Source of the DNA: Psilocybe cubensis
Taxonomy: Eukaryota
Length of the DNA stretch: 64,000 bases
NCBI GenBank assembly: GCA_017499595.2
Contig: CM039000.1
Coordinates: 1,488,001 to 1,552,000 of the forward strand
Reading direction: 5' to 3'
Shown here piece after piece: positions 50,546 to 64,000 of the stretch (its first letter is position 1; each line of letters opens with the position of its first letter). Below the pieces are notes generated by a model. It did not search any database. It was given only the letters and a program-made list of their open reading frames with translations, and was not told the origin of the DNA. Both the position numbers and the translations under genes were made by a program.

Positions 50546-51964
50546 ACTATCATTCAATAATGTTGTTGCACTTAATTAAGAACTCCTTGCTGTTTGTGCT
50601 GCTAACAATACCAGTCACATAATCAATTATAATATCAACGGAGATCTGATATATGTGCCTACAGCAATAAGAGGCATCAAAAATAGGAGAAACGCTAAAA
50701 TATGTTTGCCCAAGAGCATTGTGGCTTGAAAGTACAGTCTTGACAAATTTTAAACTTGTTTTTGTTGTGATTTTTGTATAATAGGGCGTAATTCTTGAGA
50801 TAATTAATGCAATGTAATGCCCTAAGCATCGGGAACGGGAAGTCCTGCTTCTCCAACGTGATGTAAGTTTTATTATTCAAATGATGACACTGTTTTCTCA
50901 TTGAATAATATTGTGCAGGCCATTTCTTTCTGGATTTAGCTTGAAAGCATGAAATATATTCACCGTTTCAAAAAAAATCGACCTGATTTATTGATATATA
51001 TTTCCATGATCAATGTGAGCATTTTTTTTCTCCCCCTCTTGATCTTCAAAAAAAAACCACACCCTCAAAACTAGACAATTCAACCATGCCTTTCAAACAA
51101 AAAGCCGATACCCAGAATAGGAGTTCTTCTCCCAAAGTAAGTATTCTATTATTTTTTTTCTCTTTTGTTAGCTAGATAAAAGCTTATTTGTGAATGCAAT
51201 CCCCCCATAGAGCCTTCTTGTTCCCCCTGATATCTCTGTGCCGGCTTGCAAGTGGTACTTACCACTTATATAATATAATTGTGGCAAATGCCAGCACCGG
51301 CATATATAGTTTGCCACAAGTTTAAAAGATATATATCAAATGTTTGCCTATGTTGAAAGAAAAATTTCTATTGTGATACAAATATTTATATTTAGCTGGC
51401 AAACTATTTATATCATTGCCTTATTTATGATTTTTCAATGATTGGCTGACATCTTTTTGAAAAGTTTTTTTCATTCAATTGCCAGTACTTTTTTCATTGA
51501 AAAATAAATGTTTCAATGTGATTTATCTTTGACAATTCCGATATATTATTGCTTTTTCAATAAATTTTTCAATCACTACCAGAGATATTTAAAATATGTA
51601 TATTTTTCATTTGCCAGGATTTTTTTATTCAGATAGCAATATCTACTTATCTTATCTATAATAGATAAAATTTGGAAATAAGCATCATGATTTATTTTTG
51701 GTTCAGAAACTTGGACTAAAAATATTAAAACTAGGTTTGATAGCAATTACATTAGGGCCCTGTCCCTGCCCCTTTCCTTGGCCCCTGGCTCTATAAATAA
51801 CACTTATTTTATGCTACTTTTGTGTATTGCTAGCAATGGATTGGGCGCTTTTGGGGGCATTTCTGGGCCATTTCCCTTGGTTTTTTCTAGTAGACCTATA
51901 GTTTTAAAGTGTCCCAATCCAAATCTAAAATTAGAATTGCAATAACTTTACTTATTTCCTGTGC

Positions 51965-54142
51965 AATAATGCATGGTTCACATTTGATGTTGTCATCCGT
52001 TACAGGTGCTTTCATGCTTCTTTGAACAAGCATGCATGTAGCTTTGCTCTCTAGGATCTCCAAGATAAAAATGATGAAGATGAAGAGTCTCTGGCATCTT
52101 GACAAACATAGCGTGCTTGACGGTAGACTCATCTTTAGGTACAAAGTCCATCCGATCCATTGCAAATAGACCAGAGTAAGTGACGCAGAGGCAAAAGGAA
52201 CACCCTTTTTCAAAAGATGGATACCAACTCCAGGATCAAAATTGCATCACATTTCTGCAATGAATAGTCAACTAACGGAGAGCAGATTTACAGTGGCACT
52301 AGGAGCATAAAGACAGTTGTTAAGTTTGAGTTTTATAGACCTTCCACAATACATGATATTCAGTATGCAGGTTTCTCCTCCTTGAGTTCTTAATGTTCCA
52401 AGATTTGCCGTCGTTACATTTCTGGCTTTGCTTTTGGAGTATGTGTGAAACAAAGAGTGCAACTTAATGATGTGAGAGATTGCACTGGAATCAAGCAAAA
52501 TGGATGTTGACAAAAAGGGCCTTGTGTTCACGGAGGTGGCAAGTGCTTTCATTTGTTCACCCTCAACTAGCTCTTCAATGAGGGCACATAATATCTCTCC
52601 ACTGTCTACCAACCCGGACTCCACTGTAACTGAGGCCATCTCCGTCTTTTTCACGGCCGCCGCTGCTCAATAGGCAGGGCTCTGCCCCTCCATTCCACCG
52701 CCCTTGGCCCAGCAATGCTCCTTGTCATGCGAGCAATTGCAGCAATTGGTGCATCAAACCCTATTTGGGTTATTTGCATGCTTGGCTATAGGGCAATTAT
52801 TGTTGGAAAAATTGGAGTATTCAGATCCTGGGGGATGACGCTTTGATCCTGCTTCTGCCTTCAGACATTGATATTCGATTGTCAGGCGTGCGGTAATTCT
52901 CTTGAGAGCAGTATTGGGCGCAGACGGTGTATGTCCTTCCTCTATTGCTGCCTTATCTTGATCTAAAGTGTCTTGATATAGCTGTATCATTAACTGCTTA
53001 AAGTTGGGCCATACCCTCAACAATAGAAGGCCACAAATGATATGATGGATAACATTTCCTTCTGGGTATTCAACGCCCATGTCTTTGAGACGCTCTCTGC
53101 TAGTGCGGAATTCTCCAAGGTATTTATCTATTTTAGTGTAGTCTTTGAGCTTGATAGACGCTAACTTTTCTTTTATGGTGAATTGGGCATTGATGTCGAC
53201 TCTAGCGTATTTTGCTATGATTTGGCTCCACATCATACAGGCAGTGACATCCTCCTCTGCATTCAGATTTGACTTGACAAGGGCGGAGACTTTTCTTGTT
53301 ATCTCAGTGTCTTTGCGCTATTGTTGTCACTCCACCACTTTCTGTAGGCGGCAATAACATTATTGAAAGTGTCTTCTGCCGGTTCTCTGGGCTTAGGTGA
53401 CATGGGGTATCTTGCAGTACAACTTTCAGAACCCTCAATGTGCCCATAAACTCCTCAGTCCTTTAGAATATTACGTATATTGTCCCTCCATGCAATGAAA
53501 TTCAAAGTTCCTTTGAAGTTGACAATGTGGTCAACTTTTGCATTTGCTGGTGTAACTTTAGTGTTCATTGTAATGTTGTTAATGGTTGTATGAGCAGTAG
53601 TTGGGACATCCCCTGCTGTTGTTGACATTTTGAAAGAATGAAATGGATCTGAATTTTAATGCTGGGAAACAGTAATCTCTTGAGAAAATATTGATTAAGA
53701 ATTGTAATTGAGTTCAATGGTATGTCCTTTCTATTCAGATGCTCTCGGGGCCCATAACCTGAAGGAAACTAAAAATACAATGAGCTCAGCCGAAGAGAAA
53801 AAAAGGCTTTTATTAACCTAAAGATACAATGAGCTACAAACTACATCAGCAATCTGTGTAAACAATTATGAAAGTGAATTCACCTCAGCCAAAGATAAAA
53901 AAAGGCTGAGGTGCAGAAAATAGGACAGGCCAGTATAAATGAGGTGTATATAGCTACAGAAGTTGATGAAAATATGGAAGGTGATGTGTTGGACGCTATA
54001 GGAAGGAGGAGTACTGGATTTGTATACAAACAGGGGCTACTGGACTAGATGGTCCAAATATTAATAAGAAAGAAGTGTCTCTAAAATAGGAAACGGAAAA
54101 GAAAGGTGCGGTTCTTGCAAAGTGAAAAGCGCGTAGTGCAAA
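51965..54142 (-). mobile_element. Copia family 2 relic: partial 5' LTR (53760-54142), PBS, gag (ATG 53628), protease, start of the pre-integrase region
   Basis: PBS GGTTATGGGCCCC next to ...TTCA; NFIAWRDNI; C..CSNCSHDKEHCWAKGG knuckle; ILLDSSAISH; NCLYAPSATVNLLSV; CEPC. Several stops. Confidence 0.85.
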
Positions 54143-55673
54143 TGTTGAAGCAGATGAGCTGGGGGCAGTATGAGCTACTTGGCGACCTAGTTATAGAACG
54201 TAGGGCACAGGAATAAGTGAGCACAAAGCATTTGAAGTCCAAAGTGAGTAACTGAGTAAATTGAGCAAAGTGCTAACAAACTAATCTGAAGTCTGAAGTG
54301 AGTAACTGGGGACTTCAGGATGTAAACTAGAGTGACTATATATTGTGTAGACTCAAGGACTCTGGTCTACCTAGGTCTACTCTGGTCCGGTCCAGACCAG
54401 TCTATGAACTGATAAATATCATGTGTCTAGAATGGTCTGGAGGGCAAATGAAGATAAGAAGAAAGTAATCTAATCTGATAAGATAGCAAAGTGAGGGAGA
54501 CATAGAGAGCAGTTTTAATACTTTCCCCTGTTCTGACAAGTCTCCAGAACAAAGAAAAATAAAGCAAAACAGAGAAAGAAAAATTAAAGTTTAAGACCCA
54601 TTTTATCTCTACAAAAGTCCACTTTGGGAGGTGAGAGGGGTTTGGTAAGAATATCAGCAGCTTGCTGATCAGTAGAAATATAAGAAGGAGAAATCTTTCC
54701 AACACCAACAGCATCCCTAAGCCAATAATAGTGCAAATCAAGGTGCTTCATCCGTCCATGGTGCTCTGGATTCTTGGAAACACTGATAGATGACTGGTTG
54801 TCCATATGCAGCACAGAGGGCTTAGTGACTATGTAGCCAAACTTCTCAAGGATATTGCACATCCACACAATCTCCTTGGCTGCCTCCACCGCAGCAATAT
54901 ACTCTGCCTCAGTAGTAGACAGAGTTACAACAGTTTGGAGTTTGCTTGCCCAGCCAATAGCACCTCCAGCTAGAACGGTCAAATAACCACTCGTAGAGCG
55001 TCCAGTATCTACACAATCACCATGTGCAGCATCAGTGTAGGTGACAAAGTGATCATGGCCCACAGCGCCAGAATAAGTCAACTTGTAATCTAGAGTGCCT
55101 CTGAGATAGCGGAACAAATGTTTAACCGCAGCCCAATGCTTAGGCCCAGAATTGGAGTTGAAGTGTGCCAGATAGGACACAGTAAAAGCAATGTCAGAAC
55201 GGGTCATGGTGGCTAGATACTGCAAGAAGCCAACTGCATTGAGGTAGGGAACATTTTGCATAAATTCCACCTCATTTCTATTCTGAGGTCCATCTGCCTT
55301 GGACAGAACAGTGCCCACAACCATAGGTGTTTTGACCGGATTAGAATCAGTCATGCCATATGTATCAAGCATATCAAGGATATACGGACGCTGATGCAAG
55401 GAAATGGTTTTAGCAACCATATCTTGCTTAATGGCAACACCAAGTAAATACTGTGTAGGACCCAGATCACGGAGTTCAGAACGCGCAGCTAGCTGCTTAA
55501 CAGCTCTATCTATGGCGGCGTCCGATTTGGAGGCAAAGGTGATGTCATCAATGTAAATGGGAACAATAATCTTCACATCTCCATCTGAATAGATGTAGAC
55601 AGAGCAATCTGATTCTATACACTTGAACCCCATATCTGACAATGCCTCATGCAATTTAAGGTTCCATTGACGT
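54143..55673 (-). mobile_element. Copia family 1 copy G: 3' LTR (54143-54520) plus RT C-terminus/RNase H, interrupted by Gypsy
   Basis: Same LTR and RT/RH sequence as copies A and F; breaks at CCATTGACGT|TGTAAGG. Confidence 0.93.
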
Positions 55674-56443
55674 TGTAAGGCATGCAAAATGTTTTGAATA
55701 AAAACATAATATTCCTTGCATCAACCAACAATAACAAAACAGGCAAAACTCATAAAACGCCTTAAGTCAACATCGTTGGGAGAGATACATTATCTGCAAA
55801 AGATAAGATTATATATGGTCACATGACAAATTGCACTCAAATCAGATAAGATTGATGGTCCACAAGCATGATCAGTACCCAGCACAGCCATGGGAGCAGC
55901 AATCAGATAGCGCATAGCCTCATATTTAAAAATAGATAATCAGCACAGCCTATTTGATGTGTTGTCAAGGCAACATTCTTGAACATTCTATTGACTAATA
56001 ACAATGACACATATTAGTAATCTCCTGCTCGGCGCTTAGTGAACACAATAGAAACGCTTATAAACCACCATCTGGCGCTTACTCGCTCTGCCAAAAGTAG
56101 CCAGAACAATAGAAATGGATTGGTAATGAGGTTTATAGTTTAGTTAGCCTATCCCTATATAGAAATTGCTATTGTGATTATGTAAGCATAGGAAAAGGTA
56201 TATAAAGGCTCAGAAAATTTTGGACAGTAGCTAAGTTCCCCTTTTCAATAGCACCCCTAAACTTGCTCAAACCCTGTAATTGCTAGTTATTTCTTGCAAT
56301 ATACTTATACTACCTAAAACTCTGCTTGTCTGTTATAAAGAGTATTGAATCACATTAAATTCAGTAGTCCTTTCTAAAGCAATCAGCTTGTTTTAAACCT
56401 TCAGTCAGTTCAGTCTAAACCACCTATCCAGCCATTCAAATCC

Positions 56444-56632
56444 ATCCGTCAGTTCCATCCGTCAGTTCTATCCGTCAGTTCCGTCCATCAGTTCCATCCG
56501 TCAGTTTTGTCCGTCAGTTCCGTCCGTCAGTTCCATCCGTCAGTTCCATCTGTCAGTTCCGTCTGTCAGTTCCATCCGTTAGTTCTGTCCGTTAAGTTCC
56601 GTCTATCAGTTCCGTCCGTCAGCTCCGTCCAA
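56444..56632 (+). repeat. 13-bp minisatellite (AGTTCCRTCCGTC, ~14 copies) inside the Gypsy LTR
   Basis: Directly visible tandem units; a shorter decayed array lies at ~6478-6577. Confidence 0.9.
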
Positions 56633-56990
56633 TAGTTTAACCACCCGTCAAATTTACCACTCTAAAACTAAGCTTTAGGTGCGTAACCCAAAACACATAA
56701 ATTACTAACAAATATTCTTTTCAGATTAACTTCTTTAAAACTCATTTCCAATATCCCTATACTTATCTGCCTCTAATTGCACTTGAGGAAACTTGTGGAA
56801 AACACACCAAATTGATTAAAACCTTGAATCCATCAAACAACTGGAATAACCTAATATTTGACTATCCGGTGAAACCCAGATGAACTTAAAATTCACGTTG
56901 ACATAATTGGAGCCCACCGCAAGGGATTCAAAACATAAATCAATTTATTTATACACATATTATTACATTCACTATACACTCTAAATTAAC

Positions 56991-59912
56991 ATGGCTGAAG
57001 GAAGCACTAATGCATCCAATGAAGATTCTGGTCATGCATATGGAATCATGTTTGGACCTGCAGGTATGCCTAGGCCTGGGTCTAGAGATGCATTTGAAAT
57101 CTTTGATGGGAGATATGATGAAGTGAAATCATTCCTTAAAGTTATAGATCAATTATATGCAAAATACAGAATCACATCTGCAGCTGATAAGGTTTCATTG
57201 GTTTTGGATTACTGTGCACCTGCAGTTAAAAACTACATCAAAGTTACCGAGGAATTTACTGCTAATAATTGGGAAAAGCTCAAGGACAATCTACTCAGAG
57301 CTTATGATGCAGAACAACAAGAACCCATTTATGACATGACAAAAATTCACTGTGCAGCAGAATGCCAATCTGAGAGACCTATCACCAACTTAAAGCAGTG
57401 GAAAAAGTATGTTGTCAAGTATACTACCCGAGCAGGACAGTTGTTAAAGAAAGGAAGGATGGGTGAGTATAACTACAATGGTTATTTTTGGTCAAGCATA
57501 CACAAGGATCTGCGCAGACTTCTTCAACCCATGTTATTAATAGAGGCCAAGGATCATGACCGCACTCAACCTTACAAGGTTCAGGATGTAATCAAGGTTG
57601 CAGAACAGCATTTCAAGCAAGATCAATTCAGTAACCTGATTCCCAAACATTCTACTACATACTCAAGAGAATCAGATACTGACTCAAGTACAGATTCTGA
57701 CAACTCTGATACTAGTGAATCAGAATCTGAAAGGCATTCTTGACGCAAGTGAAGTTCAAACCGCAAGGCTAGTTGCAAAAGGAAAGATCCTTACAAAAAG
57801 AAATATGAACGTCTCCGAAAAGAAGAAAAGGAAAGGAAAGAAGCTAAGCAAGAAACTTCTACCAAGCAAGCCACAAATTTGCCTAAAAGTGAAATGGATC
57901 ACTTGGTTGAAAGTTTAAACAAGATGACTCTGGTTGTTAAAAGCAATCATGAGACCATTACTCAATTAATGCAACAAATATATAATGTCCAGCCTAACAC
58001 AGGACCTTATCCCAACAATACAGCTCCGGTATCATTCACTCACAATAATTCCAATTTAACCACTCCAGTAAATTATTCTAATAATAGCACTAATCCGGCT
58101 ACTTACCCAAATAACATTCCCATTAATAATGCAAATCCCAACTACGCAAATATGCCTAGGGTTGCACCACATTGTTATGGATGTTTAAGTCCGGACCATT
58201 ATATGAATAATTGCCCAAAGCTTCAAGAGCTAATTCAGAATGGAATTTTGGAATATAATCCACAAATTAGGAAATATATCTTAAGGAATACAGGAAGTCA
58301 AGTATTCAAGAAATCAACAAAAAGTATCTATGATGCAGCCATGCGACAACATAATTCACCACCACCACCATCTGCTCCAACCAGAGTTTCACATTTTATT
58401 TCTGTAAACAAGTCTTCTGATGATGAGCTTCAAAATGAAGTGGTAAGCTATTATCAACAGCGACAATAAGACTCTGATTCTGATAATGAAAATGGAACTT
58501 ACTGGAGGACTGCAATGCACACTCAACAACAACACTACGGATCTTCAGACACAGAAGAAGACAGTGAACCAGATGCGCAAGCATATCTTGCAACTCGTAC
58601 TACTGGAAAACAAACTACAGAAGCAAGAAATAGAGCAACCAGAGTTCCAAGCAAGCCTGCAAAGAAGGTATTTGATGGTGTATACCCACCTCCAAGATCT
58701 GGAAATACAGGAACAAAGCCAAAGGTTACACCAAGTGCTCCAAAGACATCATCTAGTATTATTCCAATTAATGCAAGAAAGCTGCGGAATAATCAGGATA
58801 AGCCTATGGAAGTAGACGAAACAGTACCTCAAAAAGTTGCCCGTACTATTACTAAAAACGCACCCAAACATAAAAGTGCAACCAAGGAGAAAACACCAAA
58901 ACGACCGGGAAGACAGTCTGAAATCTCCAAGCAGGTCAAGGCCACCAAAGTATATCAACAATTGTTAAAGACACCTATGACTGTTACTTTGGAAACCATG
59001 TTGGGTATATCTCCTGAAGTATCCAGTATTCTATAGGATCAATTAAAAGTGCGAAATGCAAAACAAGTGGATATCATTGAATCCATTTCAGAAAATTTTA
59101 AACTAGTAGCAAAGGTGAATGCTAGTATTGGCAACATTTCTAAATTTGGAAATCTGATAAAAATATGTTTTCAACATAATGGGCAAAATGTGGTAAAAAT
59201 TATTGACTCCGGATCAGAACTCAATATTATCCAAAGTGATATAGCCAACAAGTTGCAGCTTCTAATTGACATAACTCAATCCATTAATATGAGTGATGCT
59301 AATGGAGGAATAGGAAAACTCACAGGACTTGCACAAAAGACAGATTTACATTGTGGTGCAGTGCAAACTATAGCTGATATATGGATTGGAGGTAATGAGG
59401 CACCCTTTGAATTGTTACTTGGAAGGGCCTGGATGACAGGTAATCTAGCTTCAGTAGTGGAGAAGAAAATGGGAACATATATTAGTTTTAGGGACAAGGG
59501 AACTGGACGGACAAAGTATGAAATAGCAGTGGATGGACCTACAAACGCCTATATGCCTAAATCAGGAAGTTCCAGTTTGGCTTGTTCATTTGCAACAATA
59601 GTACATACCAGTATACCGGAAAAACAAATTACAGATTCAGCCACAGAACTTAATCTACATAATCTATGCCCTAATTGCAATAACTCCACGCAGAAGAAAT
59701 CTGGAAATCTAAATATAATCTTAACAAAAGCAACAATGCAACAATCGGATAAAAATCTAAATCAATTAGGAACAACCAAAATACAGGACACAAGCTCCAT
59801 AAAGGCATATCAAACAAAAGGTGGAATGGAGTCAGAAGAGCAGGTCATGAGTCTAAGAATAAAACAGCTGCCCCTTCAAAACCTTGTGTCACAAGCGCCC
59901 AGAAAAGAGTAA
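56991..59912 (+). pseudogene. Gypsy gag-protease, interrupted by stops and frameshifts
   Basis: MPRPGSRDAFEIFDG gag start; CYGCLSPDHYMNNC knuckle; TLETMLGISPEV; IIDSGSELNII and FELLLGRAW aspartic protease motifs. Confidence 0.85.
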
Positions 59913-60098
59913 CGAGCGCCTAAGACAAGCGCTTATTTAGTTGCACCACTCTTGGCAATAAACCAAGTAAAATTCAATATAAATCAACAGTCAGCTGGTT
60001 AGGACCAAGGAAATGTCAGAATGAGTAAGGCAAGCCACCATCCCCGAGCCTAGGAAAAATTAAAAATTGAACAAGTCCTACCTGATTATATAAGCATT

Positions 60099-62785
60099 TT
60101 GAAAAGGTATAAAAGCCAGCATTCTGCATTAGCACACAGCAGTAATTTCTACACCTCTATCTATCCAAGCAGACTCCTCACAATGACCACTGCAGCAGAT
60201 CTTGTACCCACAGCCTTTGAGGAGCAGCCCCGAGGCAGATTTGCACCTCTTACTCTGGGTAGCATTGAAGCCGAATTACTCAGCATCAAGCCGGATCCCC
60301 GGTTCCCACACCTCAGCTTAGTATGGCTCCAATTCCCCAATGCTGGCTTAACTTACAATCGTGATGGTGAGCGGATCACAGCTACAGGTACGGCACATGC
60401 ATGCTTCCACTTCCGAAACAATCAACCCTTTGTTTATTGGATGGCCGAACGTATGTCTATCAACGCCGACTTGCTTGACTTTCCCCAACCGGACGATGCC
60501 GAGATGTTGGATCCAGAATCTGACCTTGAATACCTGCCGGAGCCGGCTTCGGATCAATCTGAACCAAATGTCACGAGACTTAACGCGGGTGGTGCACCTT
60601 TGATTAGTATTGTTCAATAGTACTGTTCTCACCCTCTCACTACAGCTTCCCCTGCGCTCCCCATTGATCCAGGCAACAAACGTCATGTCCCAGCCCTTAA
60701 AAACAATCATGCGGGACAATATGATTCACGTGCTTCCAACCACACCTTCACACCCAATAAAATAATGGTACAGGACAACACAGATACAAAAGACAACACA
60801 ACCACACTCAATAACCCGTCGGAACGTAACCTTCAAGTTCTATTTACAACACAGTCAATCAAGGATGCCTTAGGACAATTGGAAGGCACCGCACAATCAC
60901 AACGGAGAGAAGAATTGGCAGGATTTAAAGGAAAAGTTAACAAAGAGGGTCAAGGTACAATTTCAGGTGCGCACATTGCAATACTTGAGGCTTGCCAGCA
61001 TTTTTTTACCATGCGCTGCTTTTCAGTCCATGTCAATTCTAATTCAGAAGACAATGCGCTTAAAGAAACCCCACTTCCCAGTGTCCAAGACGCAATATGG
61101 AGGTATGTACCATGCATGGACTTGTTGTTTTCACGAGAATTTTCAGATAACATATGCATTAATACGGAGTCGGGACCAAAATATTTTACCCCTCCTTTTA
61201 CTATCCAAGCCTGGGTGGAAACACATCATTTATATTTGCCCGTTCCCGAACGAAAATACAATGCTATCTGGTACCCAGACCTCTTTCATTATGAATTCTC
61301 GTACGACGAACAACAAATCATATGGGCTATCTATCAACAGCTTCAGAGAACTAACAACATAACGGACACCATTCCAATGCACTTCAGGGAAGGGGGATAT
61401 ATAGAGGGGTATTACGAGTCAATACCGCCTATCTGGGCGCCATTTGTATGTATCCGTTTTCCGATTCTCAACCGGTTACTCGCTTGTGTTGCAGACGTAT
61501 GGCCTACCTCAATATTTGGTTCCTTTGTGGCCTTAAAACAAGCCAAACCGCTTGCTTCAGTCGTAAACAAGTCTCAGCAACAAGAATCTGAACCCAATGA
61601 ACTACATTATTCCACTGCACCTCGATCCAGCCCCATCTCCTTACCAGAAGATACTGAACTTCAACCTCACACATTCACTACCCCCATACACATTTCATAC
61701 CACCTGCTAGGATGAATTAACCACATGCCAAATACCAAAATCAACGTCAGCCTCCGAACGACGCCATCTTGTCTCCCGAAATTTGGTTACCCTTTTCACA
61801 AGGTTATCTTCCCAGGCAATCACAATCTTGACACCTGCCAACAACGCCCACGGACTCAGACATGGTCAAATGGGTACTCACCACCTTGCATGAAGTTCCA
61901 GGAATATCAAACTCACCAACAAATGGAGTAACCATTTAGGAGCAAAAAGGACAGCCTGATGAAGAACGCTTACCGATGAGCCCGTCTCACAATTTTGAAG
62001 AAATTATTACTCACCGCAATGTCTCACCTTATAGCAACTTGGGATTTTCAAGCGACGGCGAGAGTGTTAGTCAAGATGGGTATGACATTCAAAACCCACC
62101 TATTGTCAGCATTGTAGGGGTGAATGCAGGTGAAGAAGATCAACTGGCAGGAGCACAGCAAGTTATACAGGGAATACAAGAGGTGTGTGACCAAAACCTT
62201 TCCCTACGACATGATAACAACATTCAAATCTATCAGAACTCATTACTGTTTCAAACTCGATCACAACAAAGAATGGCACGGCGACAGCTAGAAGAAGCGA
62301 CTCTGACCACACTTCGCAACATGTTCAATGATTTGCGAGTATCTCGCGGATCATCAGGCATTAACGCACGTGAAAGAGGCATTGGAAATGATGAGATGCA
62401 GGCAGAATCTGCCACAACATCTGATTCAATGCCGGGTCTAGAAACCGCGAGCTCGTTTAGCCCCCTATTCAGTCCCATTCTATTCCAATCCACCACTCCC
62501 TCAAGACCACCTACAGTTTGAGCCTTCTTGGCTCAAGCCAACACGTTAACTCCAGCCTCCGAAACTGAAGATCCGCCTCCCAATTATCATGCTGAGTACA
62601 TCCATGTACACAAAACTATCAAACATTACTTTGACCATCCCTTTCAACGTCCCAAGTATCCCATCACTCGCCCTCGATCACTGATTCTTCACCCCGCCAG
62701 GATGTATCGCTCTCTTTCTACTAAACAATATCCTCATAATGTCGAAATTCAGCAACAAGTCAATACACACCTCAACAAGCTTTAG
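60099..62785 (+). other. Co-oriented broken ORFs downstream of the Gypsy protease, no recognised domain
   Basis: ORFs 60099-60620, 60765-61715, 61976-62521, 62528-62785; no YXDD or RT motifs seen. Confidence 0.45.
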
Positions 62786-64000
62786 AAGCTTGTCAAAGGG
62801 TTATCCAGAGTCCAGTTCGGACAGCAACAAAGCCCCTGGCAGCATTTCCAGGTTCAAGACTATATCACCCCTTTGCAGCTCCGTTATCTGTTTCCTGATT
62901 ACGGATCATATGGGGCCATCTATCGTGCTACATCCCTCAGCTCCCCTACGTCACCTAACAAATGGATATGTCATATCCCAAAACTAGTGGCACTTCAATG
63001 AGCTTTAACCACTGCGCTCAAATCCTTATCCGACTTACCGTATGGTTATGGTTACAAGTCCGACGGTTTACGCCAATACATTGAATACCACCAATATGCC
63101 TGAATTTCACTTCAACGACGTAGCATGCACCCCTTACTCACACACATGGAAAGCAAGTTGATTTGTAGCGCTGAGTATTTTCTTTATGATTACAATTTCA
63201 CCTCTGAGCTGCTCATACTTCAATCTATCCTCGCAATTCGGTTTCGTGAACACAATGCCCTACGACTCCTTAACCAAGTGGTGCTATCACGACTTGTTCC
63301 TTTCAACCTCTGCTTGGCATTATTTCCTACTCATTAGGCTCTACAAAGGCAAGTATTATGATCGATTTAACACTTCCTTACTCATAAAAGAACTTAGATT
63401 TCATCTTGTGAGAAATGATGAGAGTGCAGAGCATGTTCTGATCTCAGTCTTCCAACTTCAAAACAACAAATTTTATTTATCTGTATCAATCCCTGTCTAC
63501 TTCCCTGTTCTCCACTCGACCTCGCACATACACAGGCACTATAGTTTACTTTTATTTGTTTGTACCTTGTTCTTTGAACCATCATTTTTCATGCGCACCA
63601 TTCTGCCCAAATTCAAATCAAGATCGGAAAAGAAATTTAATAAAGGTAACACATTTCAACTTCAAATAAAATCGGAAATTCAAGTTATTCAAAAATCAAA
63701 GTCTTATATCGAGAACTTGAAAAATTTCATGTTTTTGCACCAAGCTAAAAATAGACTGAACTTAAACTTAATCACGTTTTCCGCGCATAACAATGCACGG
63801 ACCAACTTTGCACCTTTTGTTAACAATCAAAATCAAATTTGCTACATATTCTGCACCTTAAAACTACCTATAGAGATATACAAAAACCCATCCTGCATAT
63901 TACTGGAAGACAAAATACTCTGGGAGAAACCGTACAAACCCGACAACAACGACGAATTCATTCTGTATCCTAATACTCAGCAACCAAGCAGCAATCACGC

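Larger units (their letters stand above)
55674..64000 (+). mobile_element. Large Ty3/Gypsy-type element, 5' part (LTR 55674-56903), runs off the window
   Basis: TGTAAGG...TTGACA LTR matched by the solo copy at 6240; PBS-like TGGAGCCCACCGC at ~56908; followed by gag and protease. Confidence 0.88.

Noticed and set aside
51230-51650. Scattered TTGCC/GGCAA motifs in AT-rich DNA as transposon subterminal repeats
   Set aside because: Motif too short, and no terminus or TSD found.
56444-56632. Possible CRISPR array
   Set aside because: Contiguous 13-bp units with no spacers, inside a eukaryotic LTR, and no cas genes.

Overview
Eukaryotic DNA, most likely an Agaricomycete (basidiomycete) fungus, judged from short GT-AG introns and the element families. 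The window is almost entirely nested transposable elements, with no recognisable intact host gene. Left to right: (1) the 3' end of a chromodomain Ty3/Gypsy element cut by a complete Tc1 (DD34E-type) transposon; (2) AT-rich decayed LTR relics; (3) an 11.6-kb KDZ (CxC1/Kyakuja-like) DNA transposon with both ends intact (341-bp TIRs, apparent 7-bp TSD), a ~10-exon transposase split by a solo LTR, and two co-oriented spliced cargo genes; (4) a ~28-kb cluster of one Ty1/Copia family whose flanks record an LTR-mediated inversion, a microhomology deletion and a 6,376-bp tandem amplification; (5) a tRNA-like sequence next to an array of CCAAAGTCAGC motifs; (6) a nested stack of a second Copia family, the first Copia family and a large Gypsy element running off the right edge. 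Almost every coding sequence carries C>T/G>A lesions. All calls were made by eye from motifs and internal comparisons; no database search was run.
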